DNA of 64,000 nucleotides from Candidatus Omnitrophota bacterium (GTDB lineage Bacteria > Omnitrophota > Gorgyraeia > Gygaellales > Profunditerraquicolaceae), in assembly GCA_043813305.1 (NCBI GenBank), contig JBDRLC010000042.1, positions 666-64,665 on the forward strand. Direction: 5' to 3'. The notes under the pieces were generated by a model that saw only the letters and a program-made list of their open reading frames with translations, ran no database searches and was not told the origin of the DNA. The position numbers were made by a program, and so were the translations under genes. Shown here piece by piece: positions 50,584 to 60,188 of this stretch (positions are counted from its first letter, which is position 1; each line of letters begins with the position of its first letter).

Positions 50584-52017
50584 TCACCTATAAAAAAGTA
50601 ATCTGCCTATAATTGACTTTGCGCCCCTGAATACTTTTCTGGTTTCTCGCAGATTACTCATTCTCTTCAACGTATCAAAAATGAAAGTTGGCCTGAAATA
50701 GAAGTGTCTGTGGGCATATAATCTGATAGTATCTACATCCTCTTTAGAAAAGTTCTCTGTTTCAATAATCGCATTACAAGCTGCAAAATCCTTCCATTGA
50801 TTAACCCTTAACCAACCATTACTCTTACACTCTTCATAGAGTTTGGTTCCCGGATGAGGAACAACGATCGCAAACTGTGCACTACTTGGTTTCAAACTTT
50901 TAGCAAATTCTACGGTTTGCTTCATCTCCGCTTGGGTCTCACCGGGTATACCCAATAAGAAGAAAGCCTGCGTCTTGATGCCTAATTTGCGACATAAGGC
51001 AAAGGCCCTCTGGGCATCCTCAAGCTTAATCCCCTTTTTGATCTTATCGATAATCCTCTGAGATCCTGATTCTACGCCAAAAAAGATATTGTAACACCCA
51101 GCTGCCTTCATCTCCTTGAGCAGCTCTTCATCCACCTTATCAACCCTTGCCTGACAGAACCACTTTAGCTTGATTCCCCGCTCTCTAATTAACTGACAGA
51201 TCTTAATCAGACGTGCTTTATTAAAATTTATCGTATCGTCATCAAAGTATATTTCCTTAACATCATATTTTTCTTCCAGTTGTTGAAGTTCTTCCACCAC
51301 ATTCTCAGGACTGCGCGCCCTGAATTTCTTTCCGTACATGGTGTTAGGCCAAAGGCAATAGGTGCATCCGTACGGGCAACCGCGTGACGTACATACACTG
51401 GTACCCTTTAATCCTCCGTAGTGAGCGGTCTGGTAAGGCTCGATCTTTACAATATCCCTATCCGGGAAGGGGATCTCATCCAGATCATCCACCAATGGTC
51501 TCTGAGGATTAAAATGAATACCGCTAGCATCCCTCCAGGATAAACCATCAACCTTACTAATATCCCGGTTCTTTGATAAGCTCAGGGCCAAATCTCTCAG
51601 CGTGTACTCGAATTCCCCCCTGCAGATACCGTCTACAAACGGATTCTCCTCTAGAATCTCTTTGTGAAAGAAAGTAGGGTGGGAACCTAGGAGAACGGTG
51701 AAGAGGTTGGGTAATTTCTCTTTTAAGGCTTTTGCTGTAGCAAGATCATAGTCAATTGAAGGGGTAGAGCATTCGATTACCACCATATCCGGACGTATCT
51801 TGGCAGCAGCGTTAGAGAAATCATCAATCGACAACTCATCGACGATCCCGTCAAGGAAACATGCATCTATCCCGGCCTCCTTTAATACTGCCACGGTATA
51901 ACCCAAATACAGCGGATACTCGATATATTTATCCTTCCTTTTATGCGGCCACCTGACATCTGATCTTACTCCGTATCCCGGACCCGGCCAGGGAGGGTTA
52001 GTTACTAAAACCTTCAT
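50584..52017 (-). CDS. B12-binding (class B) radical SAM enzyme
   Basis: N-terminal cobalamin domain (LGSHPT, RGEFE), TSRGCPYGCTYC, FDDD, FGVESG, GIPGET. Confidence 0.9.
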   Translation of the reverse strand: MKVLVTNPPWPGPGYGVRSDVRWPHKRKDKYIEYPLYLGYTVAVLKEAGIDACFLDGIVDELSIDDFSNAAAKIRPDMVVIECSTPSIDYDLATAKALKEKLPNLFTVLLGSHPTFFHKEILEENPFVDGICRGEFEYTLRDLALSLSKNRDISKVDGLSWRDASGIHFNPQRPLVDDLDEIPFPDRDIVKIEPYQTAHYGGLKGTSVCTSRGCPYGCTYCLWPNTMYGKKFRARSPENVVEELQQLEEKYDVKEIYFDDDTINFNKARLIKICQLIRERGIKLKWFCQARVDKVDEELLKEMKAAGCYNIFFGVESGSQRIIDKIKKGIKLEDAQRAFALCRKLGIKTQAFFLLGIPGETQAEMKQTVEFAKSLKPSSAQFAIVVPHPGTKLYEECKSNGWLRVNQWKDFAACNAIIETENFSKEDVDTIRLYAHRHFYFRPTFIFDTLKRMSNLRETRKVFRGAKSIIGRLLFYR

Positions 52018-52029
52018 CTTTTGATTCTC

Positions 52030-53157
52030 CTATTTTATTAAACTTCTGCTCTCTAATTCATTACGCGCTACTTCATAACTATCCACTGCGGTCTGGCTCT
52101 TTACCCAGCGGATTAACTCTAAGAATCCTTGCTCAAACTTCACGCGCGGCTCATAACCGAGAGTCTTTTTTATCCTTGTGATATCTCCGTAACAGTGCCG
52201 GATATCACCTTCTCTAAATTTATTCACTATCTCGGGTGTAATCTTGCCTTCTTTATCTAGCTCTTTCAGTAAGATATCTAGTAACTGCTGTAGATTTGTG
52301 CTTCTACCGGTTCCTACGTTAAAGACCTCGTAATCCGCCTCCCTCTTCTCCATCGCCAGTATATTTGCCTGGACGATGTCGGAAACATGAGTAAAATCTC
52401 TGCCCTGGAGGCCATCCTCAAATACAATCGGATTAAGACCGTTAAGAATCCTTCCTGAAAATATTGCCGCTACCCCTGTATAAGGGTTTGAGAGTGATTG
52501 TCGGGGACCGTAGACATTAAAATATCTTAAGGCCACCGCGGGAATATTATAAGCCCTTCCCACGCTGATAAACATCTCCTCCTGGTCACGTTTGGAGACA
52601 GCATATACCGATGTAGGAAATAAAGGCTTGTCTTCGTCTGTAGGAATAGGTTTTACCTCTTGCCGGCAATTCGGACACTTCATCTCCCATTGATGCCTGG
52701 ATAACTGTTCTGCAGAGCGTAACTTGGGAAAGACTATTCCGCAATCGTTACAGCTATACTTGCCTTCTCCGTAAATCGACATTGAGGAAGCTACAATCAT
52801 TTTTTCAATATCCTGTTTTTCGTTCACGATGATATCGAGAAGATTTGCCGTACCTAACGCATTGACTTCGGTATAATAAGATATCTCATACATTGACTGC
52901 CCTACACCTACAGCAGCTGCCTGATGGAATATGATCTCTGCCCCTTTGATTGCTTTTTTCAGTGCCTGGCGGTCCCGGACATCAGCTACAATAACCTCTG
53001 CATCTTTGTGTAAATACTCGGGTATCTTTGCTTCTTTACCGTGTACTTGAGGAGTAAGATTATCAAAGACTTTAACCTTATGGCCCCTTTTGACCAACTC
53101 TTCTACTAGATGTGATCCGATAAATCCTGCACCGCCGGTAACCAAAATTGACTTCAT
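52030..53157 (-). CDS. NAD-dependent sugar epimerase/dehydratase with CxxC...CxxC insert
   Basis: TGGAGFIG, YAVSK, LRYFNVYGP; CNDC and CPNC. Confidence 0.9.
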   Translation of the reverse strand: MKSILVTGGAGFIGSHLVEELVKRGHKVKVFDNLTPQVHGKEAKIPEYLHKDAEVIVADVRDRQALKKAIKGAEIIFHQAAAVGVGQSMYEISYYTEVNALGTANLLDIIVNEKQDIEKMIVASSMSIYGEGKYSCNDCGIVFPKLRSAEQLSRHQWEMKCPNCRQEVKPIPTDEDKPLFPTSVYAVSKRDQEEMFISVGRAYNIPAVALRYFNVYGPRQSLSNPYTGVAAIFSGRILNGLNPIVFEDGLQGRDFTHVSDIVQANILAMEKREADYEVFNVGTGRSTNLQQLLDILLKELDKEGKITPEIVNKFREGDIRHCYGDITRIKKTLGYEPRVKFEQGFLELIRWVKSQTAVDSYEVARNELESRSLIK

Positions 53158-53158
53158 T

Positions 53159-54112
53159 CTATTTCTCCTTTGATTGCAATTCTATCTTACGTACCCGGTA
53201 TAAGGTATCTTCGATTAAACGCCTGTTGGATGAGATTAAATCTCCGATTAAACCCAGCATGAACATTTGAAATCCTATTATCAGGAAGACTGCTGATAAG
53301 ATTAGTGACTGTATATGTCCTGCCTGCCTGCCGGTTACAATATAAAAATATATAAACCTTAATCCTAACAATACTCCCAGGCCAAATAATGCGCCTCCGA
53401 TATAAAAAAATACCCTCAGAGGCTGATACATGGTATACATCCGGATGATTGTTGTCGCAGACCTCTCGATGTATTTGAGGATACTTGAGAAGAGTCGTGA
53501 TTCGCGAAGCTTTTTATTTGTTCTGATCGGGACACTGACGATAGCCATATGCTTCTTTCCGGCCTGGATAATCGTCTCCAGGGTATAGGTATAGGGAGAG
53601 ACAATATTTATATTTAAAGCCATCTCCCTGCTGTAGGCGCGGAAACCGCTGGTTGCATCCGGTACATCTGTCTCAGAAAACTGCCTCACCGCCCAGCTAC
53701 CGATTCGCTGTAATTTTTTCTTGATCAAGGAGAAATCCGGGTTTGAATCTATATCCCGCGCCCCCACAACAAAATCTGCATCGCCCTCTAAAATTGGCTT
53801 GATTAGTTTTGCTATATCTTGACCGTTATATTGGTTATCCGCGTCGGTATTGACAATGATATCCGCTCCTAACCTTAAAGATGCATCGATACCAGCTGCA
53901 AATGCCCGGGCCAGACCTCTTTGATTCTTAAGCCTGAGAATATGGTCAACCCCTATCTCTTTTGCTACCTCTACCGTACGATCTGTAGAGCCATCATCGA
54001 TGACCAATAATTCTATCTTATCGATCCCCTTAATTTGACGGGGTATATCCTTTACTGTTAAAGGTAAAGACTGCTCTTCATTTAAACAGGGGATTTGCAC
54101 AATCAGTTTCAT
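53159..54112 (-). CDS. GT2, polyprenol-phosphate glycosyltransferase (DPM1-like) with 2 C-terminal TMs
   Basis: QIPCLNEE, DDGSTD, TDADNQY, DATSGFRAY. Confidence 0.88.
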   Translation of the reverse strand: MKLIVQIPCLNEEQSLPLTVKDIPRQIKGIDKIELLVIDDGSTDRTVEVAKEIGVDHILRLKNQRGLARAFAAGIDASLRLGADIIVNTDADNQYNGQDIAKLIKPILEGDADFVVGARDIDSNPDFSLIKKKLQRIGSWAVRQFSETDVPDATSGFRAYSREMALNINIVSPYTYTLETIIQAGKKHMAIVSVPIRTNKKLRESRLFSSILKYIERSATTIIRMYTMYQPLRVFFYIGGALFGLGVLLGLRFIYFYIVTGRQAGHIQSLILSAVFLIIGFQMFMLGLIGDLISSNRRLIEDTLYRVRKIELQSKEK

Positions 54113-54115
54113 CTT

Positions 54116-55438
54116 TTATAATCTCCAATATAATAATCCTGAGTCCTGTAATAACTCTTGATCAAAAGAACCTTTGACGTCGACTACCACACCGCCGGTA
54201 TGATTATTCTTTAGATGTCTTTTTAGATTAGTGATTGTCAGGTCTCTTTTAAATATATCGTGACTTACGGCGATTACTATTGCATCTGATTTAAGATTAG
54301 GCTTATATTCGGTTAATTTAATACCATATTCCTTCTTTACTGATTTTTTGTCGGCTAAAGGATCGCAGACAACTACGTTAACTCCGTAGTCTTTAAGCTC
54401 TTTTATGATATCGATTACCCGGGAGTTGCGTATATCGCTGATGTTTTCTTTAAAGGTAATCCCCATCACCATTACCTTGGCTCCCTTTACCCTCTTCTTT
54501 GCTTCGATCAAAAGCTTGACCGTCTCCTGAGCAATAAACCGGCCCATATTGTCGTTGATTCTGCGTCCTGCCAGGATAACCTGAGGATGGTAACCGATCT
54601 CCTCTGCTTTAAAGGTAAGATAATAGGGATCGACTCCTATACAGTGACCGCCGACAAGCCCGGGAAACATCTTGATAAAGTTCCATTTAGTTCCTGCTGC
54701 CTTGAGAACCGACAAGGTATCGATTCCCATCTTATTGAAAATTATCGCTAACTCGTTTATCAGGGCGATATTCAGATCCCTTTGAGTATTTTCTATTACC
54801 TTGGCTGCCTCGGCACACTTAATTGAGCGGGCCTTGAACACGCCTGCTTTTACAATCAAGCCGTAAACCTTGGCAATCTCATCGAGAGCTGCTTTATCGC
54901 ATGCGGAGACAACCTTAATTACATCTTTAATACTGTGGATCTTATCTCCCGGGTTAATCCGCTCCGGTGAATACCCGACTTTAAAATCCTTCCCGAATTT
55001 GAGCCTCGAATTTCTTTCTATGATCGGCACACAGATATCTTCTGTAACCCCGGGGTATACTGTTGACTCAAAAACAACCATACTCCCTCTGGATAGATTC
55101 CTTCCCACTATCTCTGAAGCGCCGGTTAAATGAGTTAGGTCGGGTTGTTTATTCTTGGATATCGGCGTAGGCACAGCAACTATAATAAACCTTGCTTCTT
55201 TGAGTCTTTTAGGATTTGAGGTAACCTCAAAATAGGAAGCGGATTTAATCTCTGATCGCTTTAGTTCATGATTAGTATCTGTGTATCTCTTTAGACTAGA
55301 GATGCGCTTCTTATTTAAATCAAATCCTAGCGTCCTTGCAACCTTTCCGAATTCAACTGCCAAGGGAAGACCAACGTAACCAAGGCCGATGATTGCAATC
55401 TTCTCCTTTTTGGACTTGATCTGATTATAGAGACCCAT
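54116..55438 (-). CDS. UDP-N-acetylhexosamine 6-dehydrogenase (WbpO/TviB family)
   Basis: [40 protein letters not shown]. Confidence 0.92.
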   Translation of the reverse strand: MGLYNQIKSKKEKIAIIGLGYVGLPLAVEFGKVARTLGFDLNKKRISSLKRYTDTNHELKRSEIKSASYFEVTSNPKRLKEARFIIVAVPTPISKNKQPDLTHLTGASEIVGRNLSRGSMVVFESTVYPGVTEDICVPIIERNSRLKFGKDFKVGYSPERINPGDKIHSIKDVIKVVSACDKAALDEIAKVYGLIVKAGVFKARSIKCAEAAKVIENTQRDLNIALINELAIIFNKMGIDTLSVLKAAGTKWNFIKMFPGLVGGHCIGVDPYYLTFKAEEIGYHPQVILAGRRINDNMGRFIAQETVKLLIEAKKRVKGAKVMVMGITFKENISDIRNSRVIDIIKELKDYGVNVVVCDPLADKKSVKKEYGIKLTEYKPNLKSDAIVIAVSHDIFKRDLTITNLKRHLKNNHTGGVVVDVKGSFDQELLQDSGLLYWRL

Positions 55439-55508
55439 ATCTTTACCTTTCTATTGATTAAGGTTTATAGGGTTTAAGGTGAATCTTAGGCTGAGTCCTA
55501 GTCCTGGC

Positions 55509-55739
55509 TTATTTTTTCTTCTTTCTGATCAACAATCCTGTAGCTAAACCAGCTAATCCTAAACCAAGGATGGCTACTGTAGCCGGCTCAGGAATAACGG
55601 TCACGACCCCTGTAGGAGTCTCGCCGCCATTGCCACCGCCACCACCACCACCCAATGCTGCAAAGCCTGAGCCGCCTCCGCCGCCATCACAACCGGCGAG
55701 CGCGACTAAGGTGATCAGAATAAATAGTAACTTTCGCAT
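55509..55739 (-). CDS. 76-aa lipoprotein/PEP-CTERM micro-protein (second copy)
   Basis: ATG 55739 after AGGAGAGG: MRKLLFILITLVALAG-C17, poly-Gly linker, IPEPATVAILGLGLAGLATGLLIRKKKK. Confidence 0.85.
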   Translation of the reverse strand: MRKLLFILITLVALAGCDGGGGGSGFAALGGGGGGGNGGETPTGVVTVIPEPATVAILGLGLAGLATGLLIRKKKK

Positions 55740-55758
55740 CTCTTCCTCTCCTTTTTTC

Positions 55759-56727
55759 TTAGTCAACTTTTTTCTCTTTAAAATACTCAACCGTTCTCTT
55801 TAGGCCTTCCTGAAAACGAACCTGAGGAGTAAATTTTAATGTTTTCTTGATCCGCGAGATATCTGCGCAGGTACGAAAGACATCACCCGGACGGGGATCT
55901 AAAAATGCCGGTTTTATATTCTTGTTGATAATCTTATTTAGTGAATCTACTAATTCTAATACTCTATGGTCCCTTCCGTTAGCAACGTTAAGGATTACGT
56001 GCTTTACCCCGGGAGTTTGCGCGGATAAAATATTCGCCTCAACCACGTTATCAATATAAGTAAAATCCCTCGACTGCTTACCAGTACCAAAAATAGGCGG
56101 TTGCTCGTCTCCTAGAATACAATCGATGAATTTAGGAATTACCACTGCATATTCATCATCCAAAGCCTGCCTGGGACCAAAGACATTAAAATATCTCAGA
56201 CATACTGTTTCTAGATTAAAGTACTCTGAAAAAATACGGCAATAATACTCCCCGGTCAATTTACTCAAGGCATAGGGTGAAATCAGTAACGGATAGGCAT
56301 CTTCTTTTTCGGGAAATTTATCCGTATCCCCGTACACTGAACTTGAAGAGGCAAATACCAGACGCCTGACTTTATTCTTTGATGCTGCCTGGAGTAAAAA
56401 TAGGGTCCCGTCTATATTTACGTCATTATAACTCTCAGGGTCTTTTAGTGACTTTGGTACAGAGCGCAGAGCTGCCTGGTGTAAAATATAATCTACGCCT
56501 CGACAAGCCTGATCACAGGTATTTTTATCCCTGATATCCCCTCTGATTAATTCATAGGTATCCTTACCAAGTCCCTTGGCAAACTCCAGATTCTCCTCCT
56601 TACCGCTTGAAAAGTTATCCAAGACCCTGACAAAATGCCCATCTTTTAATAATCTCTCTGTAATATGAGAACCGATAAATCCTGCACCGCCAGTGACTAA
56701 ATAGCGCAACGACGCTCCTTTTGTCAT
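55759..56727 (-). CDS. UDP-(N-acetyl)glucosamine 4-epimerase (WbpP-like)
   Basis: TGGAGFIG, HQAAL.SVP.S, SPYALSK, YFNVFGPRQ. Confidence 0.9.
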   Translation of the reverse strand: MTKGASLRYLVTGGAGFIGSHITERLLKDGHFVRVLDNFSSGKEENLEFAKGLGKDTYELIRGDIRDKNTCDQACRGVDYILHQAALRSVPKSLKDPESYNDVNIDGTLFLLQAASKNKVRRLVFASSSSVYGDTDKFPEKEDAYPLLISPYALSKLTGEYYCRIFSEYFNLETVCLRYFNVFGPRQALDDEYAVVIPKFIDCILGDEQPPIFGTGKQSRDFTYIDNVVEANILSAQTPGVKHVILNVANGRDHRVLELVDSLNKIINKNIKPAFLDPRPGDVFRTCADISRIKKTLKFTPQVRFQEGLKRTVEYFKEKKVD

Positions 56728-57146
56728 TTATCCCCTCCGTCTAACTTATCTACTGCTATCTCCAGACTGTTCACGCGCTTGAATAGAGTATTCTTGGCTT
56801 TGCTAATATTTTCCATTGCCACTTTCTGCGCATCAAGAGCATTATTAACTTCCCTAATCTCTCTGTTAGCTTCTTCGATCTTAATATTCGTGACTTTCAG
56901 CTCTGTCTTTATTTCCCCCAATCTCTCGAAGAGTGCTTTTGTTTGAGCACCATAGCCATCTATCATCCTCTTTGTATCAGCCAACTTTGCCAAGACATCC
57001 CTTCTTTCAATGGAGTGTACCTGCATTCTCAAAAATAAAAAGTAGGTCAGTGCCGCATTCCCGGCCAGAAGCAAGATCAGGATTATCCCGATAAACCATA
57101 CCACAAAGACCCTGGAAGAATAATTCCTTATTAATCCCATGCTCAT
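56724..57146 (-). CDS. Single-TM coiled-coil protein
   Basis: One hydrophobic segment then ~90 aa of heptad pattern. Confidence 0.7.
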   Translation of the reverse strand: MSMGLIRNYSSRVFVVWFIGIILILLLAGNAALTYFLFLRMQVHSIERRDVLAKLADTKRMIDGYGAQTKALFERLGEIKTELKVTNIKIEEANREIREVNNALDAQKVAMENISKAKNTLFKRVNSLEIAVDKLDGGDK

Positions 57147-57148
57147 AG

Positions 57149-58540
57149 TTATACTCCTATCTCTTTTTTGATCTGTTCTGCTAATGAATTGGCTATATTC
57201 TCGATTAAGTTCTGATTCTTTCCTTCGACCATCACCCGTGCCAGGCGCTCGGTACCGGAATATCGTAGGAGGATCCTTCCCTGATTCTTTAGTTGTGCGG
57301 TGTACTTGCGAATCCTCTGATTAAGTAGGGGAATCTGACTAAAGGGTCTCTTCTCCCTTACTGCTACATTCACCAACACCTGCGGTAATTTAGTAATACA
57401 CCTTGAGAGTTCACCCAGAGAAGTCTTACTCTCTTTCATTACATTGAGGATCTGTAAAGCGGTAAGCAGCCCGTCAGGGGTGGATAGATAATCTAAAAAT
57501 ATGATGTGCCCTGATTGTTCCCCGCCCAGATTAAGCCGATTCTTAAGCAGTTCCTCCAAAACGAATTTATCGCCTACATTAGCGGTGATTATCTTCCCGC
57601 CGCTCTCCTCTATCGCTATTTTAAGGCCGTAATTACTCATCACGGTTGCCACAATCGCATTCCGGGGTAGTTTATTCTTTTTTAAGAGGTGCTTGGCGAT
57701 AATCGCTAAAGTATAGTCACCATCTAAAACTTCCCCTTTTTCATTGATAATGATCCCTCTGTCTCCGTCGCCGTCAACCGCTATACCGATATGCGAACGG
57801 GTTCTTTTCACCAGCGCTCTTAAGAAGCTCGGATCAATCGCCCCGCCGAGATTGATGTTATCTCCGCAGGGGTTATCGTTAATGCAAAAGACCTTTGCTC
57901 CTAAGCCACTAAATAGCCTGCTGCCAAAGGGAGACGCTGCCCCAAAGGCACAATCCAAAGCTATGCGCATACCTTTCAGACTCAGTCCACCTAAGGTTGA
58001 AGTGAGGAACTTAATGTATCTTTCTTGGGCATCTTTTATCTTTCTGAACCTGCCGGTTTTTCTCTGCGGCCGCTCTTTTAACCTGTGGGTTAAGCTGTCC
58101 AATATAATATCCTCTATTCTCGCCTCTTCTTTAGTTGAAAACTTGTGGCCTTTGGAGTTAAAGAATTTTATGCCGTTATCCGTGGCTTTATTATGTGAGG
58201 CAGAGATCATAATCCCCATATCCGCCTTCAGGTTCCTGGTTAAAAAAGACAATCCGGGTGTAGTGATTATTCCTACGGTTAATACATCTATACCCCATTT
58301 CTTAATTGCATCGGCAAGCAATCCTTCGATTTGCTGACCACTTAAACGGGTGTCTTTGCCGATGACTATTTTAGGGACAGTCCCCTTCGCTTTGCTCGGG
58401 GACAGTCCCTGTTTTATAATGAAGCGGGCGATCCCGTTTCCTATTTTTGTGATCATCTCATCGGTCAAAGGATAAACCCCGGGAGTGCCCCTTATGCCGT
58501 CTGTACCGAATAACTTTTCTCTTTTAAATCTGTTTTTCAT
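57149..58540 (-). CDS. glmM: Phosphoglucosamine mutase
   Basis: FGTDGIRG, GKDTRLSG, ISASHN, DGDGDR, GGEQSGH, RYSGTE. Confidence 0.93.
   Translation of the reverse strand: MKNRFKREKLFGTDGIRGTPGVYPLTDEMITKIGNGIARFIIKQGLSPSKAKGTVPKIVIGKDTRLSGQQIEGLLADAIKKWGIDVLTVGIITTPGLSFLTRNLKADMGIMISASHNKATDNGIKFFNSKGHKFSTKEEARIEDIILDSLTHRLKERPQRKTGRFRKIKDAQERYIKFLTSTLGGLSLKGMRIALDCAFGAASPFGSRLFSGLGAKVFCINDNPCGDNINLGGAIDPSFLRALVKRTRSHIGIAVDGDGDRGIIINEKGEVLDGDYTLAIIAKHLLKKNKLPRNAIVATVMSNYGLKIAIEESGGKIITANVGDKFVLEELLKNRLNLGGEQSGHIIFLDYLSTPDGLLTALQILNVMKESKTSLGELSRCITKLPQVLVNVAVREKRPFSQIPLLNQRIRKYTAQLKNQGRILLRYSGTERLARVMVEGKNQNLIENIANSLAEQIKKEIGV
58373..58410. repeat. REP-like double palindrome inside glmM
   Basis: AGGGACAGTCCCC-12 nt-GGGGACAGTCCCT. 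Confidence 0.7.
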
Positions 58541-58546
58541 TTAGAC

Positions 58547-59335
58547 TTAGAGGTATCTATAAAGGTAACCCGGAATATGGTATTGGATGTTTGTCAAAAC
58601 GTATCCTAAGATCTTTGCCTGGGCTTGCCTCAATATTCCGTCGCTATGCTTGACCACACCCTTCTGGGTTTTACCGGCCTTGATTACCATAAGCACGCCG
58701 TCTGTCTGAGCACCCAATAAGCCGGCATCGGTAACCGGTATAATCGGAGGGGTATCAAAGATGACGTAGTCATATTTTGACTTGAGTAAGTTAATCAAAC
58801 CCCTCATCTTTGCCGAACCCAGAATCTCAGCGGGATTAGTGGGGATCTTTCCGACAGGCAAAATAGTCAAGTTGTTTATACCTATATTAATCAAGATATC
58901 ATCAATATTGGCACCGTCATAGATTAAATCGGATAATCCCAACTCTGCATCAAACCCCAGGTACTTGCTGATCTTGGCCCGGCGCAGGTCGGCATCTACA
59001 AGAAGTATCTTCTTCTTATTTAAGTCATGTGCCATGGAGATAGAGAGATTTATTGCGGTGATCGTCTTACCCTCGGAGTGGGTGGAGCTGGTAATCGTAA
59101 TAACCTTTATCGGCTTATCTGTCTTTATAGACTGGATATTAGTGCGCAGCCTCTTATATTGTTCAGCAACCGGAGAACGCGGCTCGAAGAAAGAGACAAT
59201 CCGCGGATCAATCTTAGAATCTACCGTTCTTTTGGCGATAAACTCATACTTGACATCCGACTTCTTATCCAGCTTCTCTATCCTCTCTATTCTCTCTTTA
59301 GCTGCTTTCTTTAGTGCTTCGGTAATCTTTCCCAT
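58547..59335 (-). CDS. CpsD/CapB-family tyrosine kinase
   Basis: EQYKRLRTN, SEGKT, VDADLR, FDTPP, C-terminal Tyr cluster YHIPGYLYRY. Confidence 0.92.
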   Translation of the reverse strand: MGKITEALKKAAKERIERIEKLDKKSDVKYEFIAKRTVDSKIDPRIVSFFEPRSPVAEQYKRLRTNIQSIKTDKPIKVITITSSTHSEGKTITAINLSISMAHDLNKKKILLVDADLRRAKISKYLGFDAELGLSDLIYDGANIDDILINIGINNLTILPVGKIPTNPAEILGSAKMRGLINLLKSKYDYVIFDTPPIIPVTDAGLLGAQTDGVLMVIKAGKTQKGVVKHSDGILRQAQAKILGYVLTNIQYHIPGYLYRYL

Positions 59336-59352
59336 CTGAATTCTCCTTTTGA

Positions 59353-60177
59353 TTAATTCTGCCCTGAGTTATGCAGATCTCTTTCTTTGATAGTTTCTTG
59401 AATCATCTTTTCGCTAATTTTTTTGGTATCATAAATATATCCAGAAATCAGGGCGCTGTCGCAGACAAGATTGATGATCCTGGGGATACCTTTAGAATGG
59501 GAGTGAATTAGATCAAGCGCCCCGCGCTCAAATAAATTGTGCTCTCCGTTGGAGCTAACTAATTTGAGACGATGCGAGATGTACTGACCGGTCTCATCTC
59601 TATCCAGCGCATTCAAATGATAATAAACTGCGATCCTCTGCTTGAACTGCTCTAAATTGACATTCTCCAATTTTTTTCTTAATTCCGGCTGGCCCAGGAG
59701 AATGATCTGGATTAATTTTTCTTTCTCGGTCTCAAGATTAGATAGCATTCTTACTTCCTCTAATACCTTGGGGGTTAAATTCTGTGCCTCGTCGATGATT
59801 AGGACGACGTTTAGATCATCGGCAAGCTGCTTAATCAGCCAGTTGTTTAATTTTGCCAGCAGCTTCTGTTTAGTCCCGCCTTTATATTCGATCTCAAATT
59901 CATCGAGGATCTCAGAGATCAGCTCTTTGGGGGTAAGGTGGGTATTGGTAATCAGCGCCATCTTAGTGTTCAGGTCCAGCCTGTTAAATAAAGTCCTGCA
60001 GATGGTGGTCTTACCCGCACCGATCTCTCCGGTCACTACCACAAACCCCCTTCTTTCATTAATCGCATAGAGCAGACTGTTCAATGCCTCTGAATGCTTA
60101 GTGCTGGCGAAGAAGAACTTCGAATCGGGGGTGACGTTAAAAGGCTTCTCGCTAAAACCATAAAACTTTTCGTACAT
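59353..60177 (-). CDS. ExeA-like AAA ATPase (PEP-CTERM locus type)
   Basis: MYEKFYGFSEKPFNVTPD, GEIGAGKT, IIDEAQNL, LLGQPEL, GIPRIIN. Confidence 0.9.
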   Translation of the reverse strand: MYEKFYGFSEKPFNVTPDSKFFFASTKHSEALNSLLYAINERRGFVVVTGEIGAGKTTICRTLFNRLDLNTKMALITNTHLTPKELISEILDEFEIEYKGGTKQKLLAKLNNWLIKQLADDLNVVLIIDEAQNLTPKVLEEVRMLSNLETEKEKLIQIILLGQPELRKKLENVNLEQFKQRIAVYYHLNALDRDETGQYISHRLKLVSSNGEHNLFERGALDLIHSHSKGIPRIINLVCDSALISGYIYDTKKISEKMIQETIKERDLHNSGQN

Positions 60178-60188
60178 AGTCTTAACTC

